Of a stretch of 64,000 bases of DNA, positions 36,615 to 46,339 are shown one piece after another. The notes beneath the pieces are model-generated. The model searched no databases, had not been told where the DNA came from, and was given only the letters and a program-made list of their open reading frames with translations. Origin of the DNA: a virus (taxonomy: Duplodnaviria > Heunggongvirae > Uroviricota > Caudoviricetes); IMG/VR virus record IMGVR_UViG_3300032665_000003; one strand, 5' to 3'. Within the stretch, counting starts at the first letter, position 1. The number at the start of each line of letters is the position of its first letter. Both the position numbers and the translations under genes were made by a program.

Positions 36615-37109
36615 ATGAAAAAAGACCTAGATGAAGAACTGTGCAGGAAGTATCCGTTGATCTTTAAGGATCGGAATGGACCAATGGATCAGACCTCGAT
36701 GTGCTGGGGATTTGACATTGATGATGGATGGTATCCTATTATCAATATGTTGTGCATATCCATTCAAAATCATATCGATCAGGTTCAACGCGACATAGAT
36801 TGGACTATCAAGTTTAATGCTGACTTAGAAACCGCAAAAAATAACAATTGGGAAAACTGGGCGGATGTTTGGGGCAAAGAACCTCGAACCATTCCCGATC
36901 CGATTGAACAAGTTGTAGCCACGCAAGTCAAAGAAAAGTTTGGTACTCTGCGATTTTATTATTGCGGCGGGGACAATTACATTCGTGGACTAGTTGATAT
37001 GGCTGAAAACATGTCCGGTGTCATGTGTGAGGTTTGCGGAAGTCCCGGCGATGGCTCCGACGGACCCTGGTTTCGTACTCTCTGTGAGGAACACAGGCAT
37101 ACTGCTTGA
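36615..37109 (+). CDS. Hypothetical protein
   Basis: WGFDIDDGW...QVKEKFGTLRFY...CEVCGSPG. Confidence 0.8.
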   Translation: MKKDLDEELCRKYPLIFKDRNGPMDQTSMCWGFDIDDGWYPIINMLCISIQNHIDQVQRDIDWTIKFNADLETAKNNNWENWADVWGKEPRTIPDPIEQVVATQVKEKFGTLRFYYCGGDNYIRGLVDMAENMSGVMCEVCGSPGDGSDGPWFRTLCEEHRHTA

Positions 37110-37159
37110 CACTCAAATACTCCTATGATAATATGTTTAGATTGATAGGAGTATAATAA

Positions 37160-38047
37160 ATGATTAAGATAGCTTTGGCATCGGATCTTCATTTGGAGAT
37201 CGCGCCCATCACCCTTACCAACACCGACGGGGCCGATGTTCTGATCCTATCCGGCGATATCTGTGTAGCTCACTCACTACATGATCATCCCATCGATAAG
37301 CCTGTGCCAGAAGATGCGATGAAGCCTGGCAGAAACCAAGGCGGCGCTGTAAGGTATCGTGAGTTCTTCAAGCATGTGAGTGATGAATATGAGCATGTGG
37401 TATATGTGGCGGGCAACCACGAGTTTTATCATGGTCCCTATCCTGATGTTTATGGTTGGCTGCGTGAAGAATTTACGAACTATCCTAACATTCACTTTCT
37501 TGACATGGACACCGTTGTAATTGACGATGTTACATTTGTGGGCGGAACACTTTGGTCAAACATGAACAAGCGTGATCCTACTACTATGCATGTCATCGAG
37601 GGTATGATGAATGATTTTAGGATCATTCGTAATAGCCGGCGTAACTATGCTAGGTTCAGCCCATTGGATGCTGTGCTGCATCACGAAGCCACACTGAATT
37701 ACATTCAGGAGGTGGTTGAAAGTGATGCTACTAAGAAGTATGTGGTGGTTGGACACCATGCTCCTACATCGCTTAGCATTCATGAAATGTATAAGAAGGA
37801 CACCTGGATGAACGGTGGCTACTATAGCGACCTGTCAGAGTTCATCCTAGATCATCCTCAGATAGTCCTGTGGACTTTGGGACATGTTCATAATCCTCAT
37901 AGTTACTATATGGGTGATACCTTTGTCGTAGCTAACCCTCGAGGTTATGCAGGGCACGAACCAAACGCAGCAAACTTCAAGCTACGATTCATTGATTTGG
38001 ATAACATGCCGGAGAAGTTTGACGGTGTCAACTGGTCAAGAGATTAA
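37160..38047 (+). CDS. Calcineurin-like metallophosphoesterase
   Basis: SDLHLE, SGDI, AGNHEFY, VGHHAP, GHVH, NPRGY. Confidence 0.9.
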   Translation: MIKIALASDLHLEIAPITLTNTDGADVLILSGDICVAHSLHDHPIDKPVPEDAMKPGRNQGGAVRYREFFKHVSDEYEHVVYVAGNHEFYHGPYPDVYGWLREEFTNYPNIHFLDMDTVVIDDVTFVGGTLWSNMNKRDPTTMHVIEGMMNDFRIIRNSRRNYARFSPLDAVLHHEATLNYIQEVVESDATKKYVVVGHHAPTSLSIHEMYKKDTWMNGGYYSDLSEFILDHPQIVLWTLGHVHNPHSYYMGDTFVVANPRGYAGHEPNAANFKLRFIDLDNMPEKFDGVNWSRD

Positions 38048-38706
38048 AGTCTGCCTCGGGTCCATTCGGGTCCAGGGCATTCTCTTGCCATAGTAGATTT
38101 GATTCCGTTGTTCCACCACTTAGTACCGGCTGCGTGTAAGTTGGGCTTGTTCTTCTTAGGAGATGATAATCTCCCTACGGTATATCCGGCGGGAATGCCA
38201 TTACCATGAACCATCATTTCATGCTTCCCGTTATTGATCCAAACCTTTCCTCGTTGTCTATCAGTTCCTATTTTGGCACCAAGGTTGTTAAACTGTAATC
38301 TACCTGGAACATAACTATCATCTGGTGGTAGTTGCTCAAACACTTGGTTAGTTCCATTGTTCCACCATCTGCGTAGCTTATTTTCCTCAACCATACGGGG
38401 AATCCATTTCTTAAAGTTCTCCGTTTTGCTCGTGTCTCCTCCGTCGCCGGTTTCTGGTCTTAGGTTAGCCCATTCATCACTCTTTACAATATTCCAGAGT
38501 TCGCTGTAGTAGGAGCCCCAGTAAGTCATTTCTTCTTTAGTAGCACATTCTTTGATGATTTCTGTAGTTAAGTCAGTGCCGTGCTTATCAAGATGGGTTA
38601 ACCAGCGAGTACCAGAACCACAATAGGTATATGGATCCTTTTCGGTCTTACCAAGATATTGTAAGCCGGTTTTATTGTGGGTCTTCTTGTACAAATAAAT
38701 AGTCAT
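38044..38706 (-). mobile_element. Free-standing Seg-like (GIY-YIG-related) homing endonuclease with NUMOD-like WxNNG repeats
   Basis: YLYKKTHNKTGLQYLGKT...YCGSG; three W(W/I)NNG motifs; antisense to neighbours. Confidence 0.75.
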
Positions 38707-38774
38707 GCTGATGCTCCTATATAGCGTTAGAGTAGTTGGGATTTCCTAGATCCGCGAACTACATCTTTATTTAG
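38707..38774 (-). promoter_or_regulatory. Late promoter plus structured leader of endonuclease
   Basis: CTAAATA; GTAGTT/AACTAC stem enclosing GGAT/ATCC; CTCTAA linker; CATCAGC before ATG. Confidence 0.6.
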
Positions 38775-38844
38775 TCCGTTTTTGTTGACTCATCTGCTAT
38801 TGTTTGTTATATTGCATTCAACTCAAGTTTTTGGAGATTTAACT

Positions 38845-39006
38845 ATGATTATCTGGGAAGCAAAATTAGACGACATCTACGATTGTAAGGTAGTGCGTCT
38901 CACTGAAAGTACTGGTAAACTGACTATGACTGATCAGTTTGACCGAATCTTGCTTGACAAGGAAGTTGAGTTAATGTACGGGGCTGTCTTTGGACCTGAG
39001 TGGTAA
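38845..39006 (+). CDS. Hypothetical protein
   Basis: GGAG RBS; MIIWEAKLDD...YGAVFGP. Confidence 0.6.
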   Translation: MIIWEAKLDDIYDCKVVRLTESTGKLTMTDQFDRILLDKEVELMYGAVFGPEW

Positions 39007-39020
39007 GGATAAATATTATC

Positions 39021-39371
39021 ATGAATGCAGCACTTCTCTTGTTAGCGTTGGTCTGTTTGGGTGCCGGATACTATCTCGGCACTAGATCCGCGCTAACGGC
39101 CGAACTCACTAAAAATTTGGATCAGTTTATCAAGAGAAAGTCTTCTTTTCCGTTCTGCATTGCAGAATATGAGTCAGGAAACTATTATCTTTATGATAAA
39201 GAAACTAAGGCCTTTTTAGGTCAATCAAGCACAATCGATGGGCTTGCAGCAGAACTGTCAAATACTAGACGGATAAACCTAGCGTTCGTTACTTATCCTA
39301 CGGACATTGGATCGAGTAAAATATTTTGGTTCATTAACGGAAAGGCAAAATCAGTAAGCAATGAAAGTTAG
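39021..39371 (+). CDS. Membrane-anchored hypothetical protein
   Basis: N-terminal TM; GATAAATA 5 nt before ATG. Confidence 0.7.
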   Translation: MNAALLLLALVCLGAGYYLGTRSALTAELTKNLDQFIKRKSSFPFCIAEYESGNYYLYDKETKAFLGQSSTIDGLAAELSNTRRINLAFVTYPTDIGSSKIFWFINGKAKSVSNES

Positions 39372-39885
39372 TCTGGGAAAATTCCTAAAAAACGCTCACC
39401 GCAAAATTAGTATCGAAATAGATAAATTCGACACTTGGGGGCTAGATCATACTCTAGCCCTCATTATCCTACCTGCGCTTATACAGCTAAAGCAAACTAA
39501 ACACGGTGTACCCGGTGAATTTATAGACGAGTCTTGTGAGGATTATTCCAACCAAGCAGTTTTCGATTTCATGAAGGAAGACAAAGATGAAGTCTTTCAA
39601 AAAAATTGCGATAAGTGGGAAGAAACACTAGACAAGATGATCTGGTCTTTTCAACAGATCGCATACGAAGATTACGAAGACAAATATCATCATGGTGATC
39701 TGTCTCTAGAATGGGAAAAAGTTGAATCTTACACTGATCCTACTACCGGAAAATCTTCACCAACTTACCGATTAAAGAATACCGGAGAGCATTGGCATGA
39801 TTATGTCGGTGCACAAATGCATGAGGATCGAATCCAAGAAGGATTGGATTTGTTTGCCACATACTACCGTTCGCTTTGGGATTAG
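39361..39885 (+). CDS. Hypothetical protein
   Basis: DTWGLDHTLA.II.P.L.QLK..KHG.P...LDKMIWSF...GLDLFA.YY..LWD. Confidence 0.85.
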   Translation: MKVSLGKFLKNAHRKISIEIDKFDTWGLDHTLALIILPALIQLKQTKHGVPGEFIDESCEDYSNQAVFDFMKEDKDEVFQKNCDKWEETLDKMIWSFQQIAYEDYEDKYHHGDLSLEWEKVESYTDPTTGKSSPTYRLKNTGEHWHDYVGAQMHEDRIQEGLDLFATYYRSLWD

Positions 39886-39923
39886 GTTAATTTTTAGTCC
39901 CATAACCTTCGATAAATAGGTTT

Positions 39924-40692
39924 ATGAAGAAGTTATGTTATATACAAAGCAACTAACACAGTGAATCAAAAGGTTTATATAGGCTTCGATTCGAGGTGGC
40001 CGCGCAGGAAGGCCCAACACAAACACAATGCTAATCGCGGCGCAGAAAGATCAACTGTGTTCTATAATGCTATACGAAAATATGGTTGGGAAAACTTTAT
40101 ATGGGAGGTCATATATGAATCGGAAGACGGAGACTATACACTGAAAGTTATGGAAAACTGGTTTATTGTAGAATACAACTCCTATTTCTATTCGGAAAAC
40201 TCTAATGGTTATAATATGACATTAGGCGGCGACGGGACGTTAGGGCACCACAAGTCAAAACACAGCATTGATTCGCAAAAAAAGAAAATGAGAGGTAGAA
40301 AACAATCAGAAAAACATATTAGGTGTAGGACAGAATCCAGGTTAAACAATCCTAATAATCAAAGTTGGCATATCGGAAAAACAAAACACACTGATGCTAG
40401 GATCGCAGTGGCGGCATTAAAAATCAGTGAATCACTTAAAGGTAAGAAAAAATCAGAATTACATAAAGAGGCTATGCGATTGCGGCCGCAGGATACCACT
40501 GTACTCACTTGTTCCCACTGCGGTAAGACCGGAGACTATAAAAATATGAAAAGGTGGCATATGGATAACTGCAAGACAAATCCAAATAAAAAGCCGGTTT
40601 CGATTAAACAGGTCACATGCAATATATGTGGTATGACAGCGAACGAGAGTCCTAATTTTTATAAACACCACAATGAACGATGCAAGACATGA
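39924..40692 (+). mobile_element. GIY-YIG homing endonuclease with +1 frameshift near the start
   Basis: YVIYKATNTVNQKVYIG is one base out of frame with ATG 39924; NGYNMTLGGDG; NUMOD3-like; C-terminal CxxC motifs. Confidence 0.75.
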
Positions 40693-41120
40693 AACCTAAA
40701 TTTATAAAGTATTTTATGGAGTTTGCTGAACTAACTGCTACACTCAGTTATGCTAAACGATTGAAAGTAGGAGCCGTAATAGTTAAAGGTGACTCCCAAA
40801 TTATTGCTACTGGTTATAATGGTATGCCGGCCGGTTGGGACAATAACTGCGAGATTACACTAGAGGACGGTACCCTCAAAACTCGTCCAGAAGTACTGCA
40901 CGCCGAAGCAAATTCAATTAGCAAGGTAGCGTGTAGTACGGAATCTAGTGAAGGTGCTACTTTTTTTTGTACACACGCACCTTGTATCGACTGTGCGAAG
41001 CTCATATATCAAGCCAAAATTTCCACTGTTTATTATAAAGAAAAATACAGAGATGACAGTGGCTTAAAATTTTTGACCCAAGGAGGTATTAATGTCTATC
41101 AATGTACCGACTGCTCATAG
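40689..41120 (+). CDS. cd: dCMP deaminase
   Basis: KVGAVIV, TGYNG, LHAEAN, HAPCIDC. Confidence 0.93.
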   Translation: MKPKFIKYFMEFAELTATLSYAKRLKVGAVIVKGDSQIIATGYNGMPAGWDNNCEITLEDGTLKTRPEVLHAEANSISKVACSTESSEGATFFCTHAPCIDCAKLIYQAKISTVYYKEKYRDDSGLKFLTQGGINVYQCTDCS

Positions 41121-41292
41121 CGCCAACGTTACTATTCCATATGGAGAATTAAAACACGTTGTAGAATGGTGTAAACGTAACTGTGAAGCAGAATGGGGAT
41201 TCGACCATGCTCGCAATAATATGTATGAAGAATTTGAATTCCTATTTGAGTCCGAACGAGACTACGTAGCATTTTTAGTTTGGAAAAAGTAA
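41092..41292 (+). CDS. Hypothetical protein
   Basis: 66-aa ORF, GGAGG RBS. Confidence 0.7.
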   Translation: MSINVPTAHSANVTIPYGELKHVVEWCKRNCEAEWGFDHARNNMYEEFEFLFESERDYVAFLVWKK

Positions 41293-41568
41293 ATGAAGAA
41301 GATACTGTTTCATAGAGAGTCAAACGATTTTACTGATATCCTTACAGATGTAACTCTCAAAAAGCATATCAAAACAAAGGTTCATTTTTTAGGGCATCTT
41401 ATCATAGGATTCAGTGATAATGACGATGCGGATAAGATTATAGCATATGCTATGATAAAATTCGGGGACGATGCAATTGATTTTCATCACATCATCCCCG
41501 ACAGATCACCTATTCCAAACAAAGATTACGTACCTATTAGAAAAAGTCGTAATCGTACTAGGCACTGA
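41293..41568 (+). CDS. Hypothetical protein
   Basis: 91-aa ORF. Confidence 0.6.
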   Translation: MKKILFHRESNDFTDILTDVTLKKHIKTKVHFLGHLIIGFSDNDDADKIIAYAMIKFGDDAIDFHHIIPDRSPIPNKDYVPIRKSRNRTRH

Positions 41569-41574
41569 TTCGTG

Positions 41575-42162
41575 TTAGAATGGCATCCAAAGCCATAGAC
41601 CTTGTGTCATCAACACTACACCAATCCCTGCTACAATAAAACTACCCCAAAACAAATCCATACTAACCGCAAGGATGCTCGCTGAAAGAATAACAATGCT
41701 TAGTTGGAATGCAGTACCCGCAAAACCAATCCATGGACTGCGTTTTTTAGCTTCATTTCTTTCTGCTTCTAGCTTGTTTGCCTTAGCCATAAGTTCCTTC
41801 TTACCCTCGCCGGATTTAGGATCGCTTTCGTAACTAGCAGCCTTATCCTGCCATTGCTTAGCAAGAATTTTATTAGGTGTCTGTAGCGCAGCTAATTCAT
41901 ACTGTGTTTGCTTAATGGACTTAGCCTCATAAAAATTCCAAACGTCATTCGCAGCGATAGTGTTATTCATTACTGTGCTACTCAACTTTCCTCCGTACCA
42001 GGCATTTACTGCAAGCAGTAATGCAAACACGTTGATTACCATGCCTGCTTTGTCCTTAATTTTTGCCTCACGTTCTGAACGAGAACCGGGAGGTGGCTTA
42101 GGAGCATTTGGGTCCTTTGTTGTTTTCATAAATATGTTCATTACTGTGTCTATTAGAGCCAT
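41575..42162 (-). CDS. DUF4337-like membrane protein
   Basis: TM, DVWNFYEAKSIK, coiled coil, QLSIVILSASIL, two C-terminal TM helices. Confidence 0.75.
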   Translation of the reverse strand: MALIDTVMNIFMKTTKDPNAPKPPPGSRSEREAKIKDKAGMVINVFALLLAVNAWYGGKLSSTVMNNTIAANDVWNFYEAKSIKQTQYELAALQTPNKILAKQWQDKAASYESDPKSGEGKKELMAKANKLEAERNEAKKRSPWIGFAGTAFQLSIVILSASILAVSMDLFWGSFIVAGIGVVLMTQGLWLWMPF

Positions 42163-42260
42163 TTGTTTTCCTTATTGTTTTTGGCTATGAAGATCCTTGA
42201 CATCAAAGATTCTTCATGTAATAATACGTAATATTTAGTAAGTTTGAATAAATATAATCT

Positions 42261-42815
42261 ATGAAGATCATAGAACTAATAGAAAGTAAGCAATTAGACA
42301 AGGGTAAACCAACCGTATTTGTGGATATGGATGGCGTACTAGCTGATCTATTCGGTTACGCAGGTGATCTTCACGACGTAGAACATTACAATGAAATGAC
42401 TCCTGATCAATGGGAAACATTTTTCAGAGATTCCAACGCATTTCATCTGTTTAAAAGCATCGGTGTTTTCCCCACTTCAAACGAACTGCTGGAAATAGTA
42501 AAGAAGTTTGCCGGTGACTACGACATTCTTAGTAGCCCACTGAACTTTGATCGGGACGGTAGTATCAAGGGAAAGCGCGAATGGTTGAATAAGAATATAA
42601 CGGTGAAACCAAAACATGTTATATTTGATCATGATAAGGCCAAATACGCTGTTCAGAAGGACGGTACTCCAAACATACTCATCGATGACTATGGCGTAAA
42701 TATTCGAAAGTGGATTGCTGCCGGCGGAATCGGAATCAAGTATCAGGCTGACGAAGATAGGTTGGATAAGGTTGTGAGTGGTCTTTGCTCTGCTTTTAAG
42801 GAAACTAGTAAGTGA
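42261..42815 (+). CDS. HAD-family 5'(3')-deoxyribonucleotidase-like protein
   Basis: FVDMDGVLAD, ILSSP, GKREWL, ILIDD...W.AAGG.GI. Confidence 0.88.
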   Translation: MKIIELIESKQLDKGKPTVFVDMDGVLADLFGYAGDLHDVEHYNEMTPDQWETFFRDSNAFHLFKSIGVFPTSNELLEIVKKFAGDYDILSSPLNFDRDGSIKGKREWLNKNITVKPKHVIFDHDKAKYAVQKDGTPNILIDDYGVNIRKWIAAGGIGIKYQADEDRLDKVVSGLCSAFKETSK

Positions 42816-42979
42816 CCACTGAACCTGTATTTAAGATAGAACAACCCAAAAAACCTGTCGGAAAACGATGCGGTAAATGCGGACAAAATACTGTAGTTCA
42901 CACTGAAAAGGGCTGGTACTGTTCTTCATGTGACTCTAAGCGATGCGGTAACTGTGACAGTTGCTCATGTTCGGAATAA
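42812..42979 (+). CDS. Small Cys-rich zinc-finger protein (55 aa)
   Basis: Manual translation ...RCGKCG...WYCSSCDSKRCGNCDSCSC. Confidence 0.55.
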   Translation: MTTEPVFKIEQPKKPVGKRCGKCGQNTVVHTEKGWYCSSCDSKRCGNCDSCSCSE

Positions 42980-43022
42980 ATATCATAATGACACCCAATA
43001 ATATATTCTCGCAACCCTTGGG

Positions 43023-43217
43023 ATGCGAATGACTACTTCAAAAAATTCAAACGGCGTAAGGTATGAGGTAATCACACAAGAGGACGCTGAGACGGGCGAC
43101 CTCATCATTCCGCTACCTATTCCATTATTAAAACAATTAGGTTGGAAAGAGGGCGATGACGTGGAAATCGGCATCGATGATTCTGGCCAAATATTTCTTA
43201 AAAAGGCAAGCAAATGA
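43023..43217 (+). CDS. AbrB/MazE-like domain protein
   Basis: DLIIPLP..LL.QLGWKEGDDVEI. Confidence 0.75.
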   Translation: MRMTTSKNSNGVRYEVITQEDAETGDLIIPLPIPLLKQLGWKEGDDVEIGIDDSGQIFLKKASK

Positions 43218-43711
43218 GCGAAGAAACCGATGACGGTATTTTTACTTCTAGGTTAGATAGTATATTGAACAGTATTAAAGTGACCAGCCCTACACAGACG
43301 TATGGGTTAAATAATATGAACAACAATCCTATAGGAATGGCTACAACTTTCAGTAATTCTACTATTACTACCGGCGGATATTCTGTAACCAACGGAACCA
43401 CTTACGGAATTAATTGGTCACCTAGCATATATTCTTCTACTATTACTGCGACATCAAGTCCGTATACGGTTTCTACACCAAGTTCAACTTTGTCTGTTTC
43501 GGTCGACGCAGACTTTCAGGGTAAGGTTTCAATTAAAGGAAAATACCTTATTAAAACACTAGAAGATATTGAAGCTCGTTTAGCTATTCTTCACCCAAAT
43601 CCACAACTAGAAGAAAAGTGGGAAGAACTTAAGGCTCTCGGTGATAGGTATCGTGAGCTAGAAAAAGAGATTATCGAAAAGGAGTCGATATGGTCTATAC
43701 TAAAGAAATAA
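43214..43711 (+). CDS. Hypothetical protein (Ser/Thr-rich N-term, coiled-coil C-term)
   Basis: 165-aa ORF. Confidence 0.7.
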   Translation: MSEETDDGIFTSRLDSILNSIKVTSPTQTYGLNNMNNNPIGMATTFSNSTITTGGYSVTNGTTYGINWSPSIYSSTITATSSPYTVSTPSSTLSVSVDADFQGKVSIKGKYLIKTLEDIEARLAILHPNPQLEEKWEELKALGDRYRELEKEIIEKESIWSILKK

Positions 43712-43714
43712 ATT

Positions 43715-43930
43715 ATGGCAAATCAGGATTCAATTAAGGTGGAAGGAGAAATTATAGACGTACTACCAAATGCAACGTTTAAAGTAAAGCTTGATAACGG
43801 TGTAATTGTGTTTAGTCATCTAGCAGGTAAGATGCGACAGCATCAAATTCGCATACTTATGGGTGATAAGGTCGACGTGGAGCTAACTCCGTATGATCTT
43901 ACACGAGGAAGAATAGTTCGGCGCAAGTAA
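43715..43930 (+). CDS. infA: Translation initiation factor IF-1
   Basis: [24 protein letters not shown]...[22 protein letters not shown]. Confidence 0.96.
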   Translation: MANQDSIKVEGEIIDVLPNATFKVKLDNGVIVFSHLAGKMRQHQIRILMGDKVDVELTPYDLTRGRIVRRK

Positions 43931-43944
43931 CGATAAATATACTC

Positions 43945-44499
43945 ATGCGTGAGTATATTACCATCCTCGAGGACAAATCAAAACCTCAAGACGTAGAAAT
44001 TATTGCACTAAACTTCGATGTCAAAGAAGTGTCTCCCGTCATGAGCGGAGAGACCCTTAATCTGCATTATGAGAAGTTGGCAAAAGGCTACGCAACAAGA
44101 TTCAATGACAAAGAAGGTGACCCCGATTTTAATTATGCGGGCGTTTTCCTACATAACTTATGGTTTACTCAATTCAGAGCAGTGCGAGTCGGTAACAAAC
44201 CGAACGGGCCTATGCTTACTTTTATCAATAAGCATTTCGGTGATTATCGCAAGTTTCAGGCTGACTTTTTAGAAGAAGCCATGAAGATTCATGGATCCGG
44301 TTGGATCTACCTAGCCTACGACGGCAAAATCAAAACAATCAAGAACCATGAAGTGCGCGATGACATTCTACTGTTAGTAGATTGGTGGGAACATTCATTT
44401 GTGCTTGACTATGGCTCAGATAAGAAAAAGTATCTTACCGAACTTTGGAAGATCATCAACTGGAATGTGATTAACACCAGGTGGGGTAAGTCACTATGA
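43945..44499 (+). CDS. sod: Fe/Mn superoxide dismutase
   Basis: LHYEK, FNYAGVFLHNLWF, HGSGWIYL, DWWEH. Confidence 0.88.
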   Translation: MREYITILEDKSKPQDVEIIALNFDVKEVSPVMSGETLNLHYEKLAKGYATRFNDKEGDPDFNYAGVFLHNLWFTQFRAVRVGNKPNGPMLTFINKHFGDYRKFQADFLEEAMKIHGSGWIYLAYDGKIKTIKNHEVRDDILLLVDWWEHSFVLDYGSDKKKYLTELWKIINWNVINTRWGKSL

Positions 44500-45203
44500 G
44501 AGCAAATGAGTTCATCTTTGAAAAAAATCTTATGGAGGTACCGCTTCCTTCTGATTGGGACCCAAACGAATTTAGTACCAGACCTACTCCAGAAAAACCA
44601 AAAGCTAAATCCTTCAAAAGTAGATTGGCGTATGCACTAGAGCGTGCCAAACGATTAGGCACTGGTTCTGCTCGTGTAGCGATGACTATTGAATATCAAG
44701 GTAGACCTACTGTTCTAAAGATTGCAAAGAACGCTAAAGGCATGGCACAGAATGAAGCTGAGGTAGATATTCTAGAAGATGGATACATTGGACAACTAGA
44801 CATTGTTATTCCTCTTATCGACTATGACAAGCAGAATCATAAGCCGGTCTGGATTCAAACTGAGTTGGCAGAAAAAGCGTCTGAAGCAAAACTATGCAAG
44901 TTAATGAGGTGCTCTACTTTAGGCCTTCGTAACTTAATAGCAGTTGCGGAAAATAAATCAGGACAGGACCGGTATAGGTCATTAAATCCAATAGAGGCAA
45001 AAAGTTGGATGACTAAAAGGGGCGCCACTGAAGAAGACATAGAGACTACTATGCACTATGTAGACGAACTTGCGACCTTGGCTAGCAGCAGTAACATTCT
45101 TTTGGGTGATTTTTCCCGTGCTAGTAACTGGGGAATCTACAAAGGTAGCCCAGTCGTCATAGATTTAGGATTTACTCCGCACGTAAAGAATGAATTTTAC
45201 TGA
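44496..45203 (+). CDS. Protein-kinase-like fold protein
   Basis: GTGSAR Gly loop, VLKIAK, QNEAE, DFSRASN catalytic loop, VIDLG. Confidence 0.6.
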   Translation: MRANEFIFEKNLMEVPLPSDWDPNEFSTRPTPEKPKAKSFKSRLAYALERAKRLGTGSARVAMTIEYQGRPTVLKIAKNAKGMAQNEAEVDILEDGYIGQLDIVIPLIDYDKQNHKPVWIQTELAEKASEAKLCKLMRCSTLGLRNLIAVAENKSGQDRYRSLNPIEAKSWMTKRGATEEDIETTMHYVDELATLASSSNILLGDFSRASNWGIYKGSPVVIDLGFTPHVKNEFY

Positions 45204-45256
45204 GATACGGACAATTCTTTCGATCCTTATTGATAAATACATCATAAGGATTGAAA

Positions 45257-46324
45257 ATGAGTATATCTGGAAAAGAATCAATAAATATTGGTCTACCTAA
45301 CGAGTCGGTAGGTAGCGATTCACTATATACAGCTTTTACTAAAGCTAGCAACAACTTCACCACACTTTTTGCTTGTGCGAGCCCGTATAATACATTTACG
45401 TCCGGTGGTGCTATAAACATAACTACTGATTCTTCTAATGGTATCGTCACTTTTACAAACACTGGTGTTACTTCTCTTTCTGCGGGTTCTGGCGTTCAGT
45501 TAACTGGAACGACCGGTGATATTACTATCTCGCTCGTTGGCGGAGGAGGCGGAATAGGTACTGTAACCTCAATAGGTATAACACCTATTTCTACTTCTAG
45601 ATTAGTAGTTACCAATACTCCTATAGTATCTAGTGGGAATATCACTATAGATTTAGCAACGACCGGCGCGAATGCAGGAACATACTCTAATCCAATACTA
45701 ACTATTGATGCCTACGGTAGAGTAACATCTGCATCTAACGGGGCATCAGCTGGAACTGTAACTAGCGTAGGGCTAACACCCGGCGCGGGCATTCAGATTA
45801 ACGGTGGACCAATTACTACTAACGGTAGTATCACAGTTACTAACATCGGCGTAACTAGAATCACAGCAGGATCCGGAATTACTGCATCTGGTAGTAATGG
45901 AAATATCACTATTTCTGCTACTGCATCAGGTGGAACCGTTACTTCAGTTGGACTATCTAGCAACAGCTTGAATGTAACTAGTAGTCCAATAGTATCAGCC
46001 GGTACGATTAACGTTGAGTCTCCAATTGGATTCAGTAGCGAGAATTTAACTAATGGTTCTGCTGCAAATCTAGCCGTCACGGCAAGTTACTTTAGCACGA
46101 CCGGAGGAAGCACTGCTACATTAGCTGCTGGAACAGCCGGACAGATTAAGACATTTATGATGGTAACACACGGCGGAGATATGGTCATCACAGTCGCTAC
46201 TGCTGGTTGGAAAGCTAGCGGATCCGGAACCATAACATTTGCTGCTGTAGGTGCAGGATGTACCCTGCAGTACGTAAATAGTAAATGGTTCTGTGTTGGC
46301 CAAAATAGCGTTACATTCGGATAA
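45257..46324 (+). CDS. Gly/Ser/Thr-rich virion (tail fibre-like) protein
   Basis: Repeated GTVTSVG/I motifs, IDAYGRVTSA; late promoter GATAAATA upstream. Confidence 0.7.
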   Translation: MSISGKESINIGLPNESVGSDSLYTAFTKASNNFTTLFACASPYNTFTSGGAINITTDSSNGIVTFTNTGVTSLSAGSGVQLTGTTGDITISLVGGGGGIGTVTSIGITPISTSRLVVTNTPIVSSGNITIDLATTGANAGTYSNPILTIDAYGRVTSASNGASAGTVTSVGLTPGAGIQINGGPITTNGSITVTNIGVTRITAGSGITASGSNGNITISATASGGTVTSVGLSSNSLNVTSSPIVSAGTINVESPIGFSSENLTNGSAANLAVTASYFSTTGGSTATLAAGTAGQIKTFMMVTHGGDMVITVATAGWKASGSGTITFAAVGAGCTLQYVNSKWFCVGQNSVTFG

Positions 46325-46339
46325 TAGGAACAAACAAAT

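Noticed and set aside
38845-39006. Possible C-terminal truncation of this small gene next to the late promoter
   Set aside because: Suspected only from recollection of longer homologues; cannot be shown from the sequence
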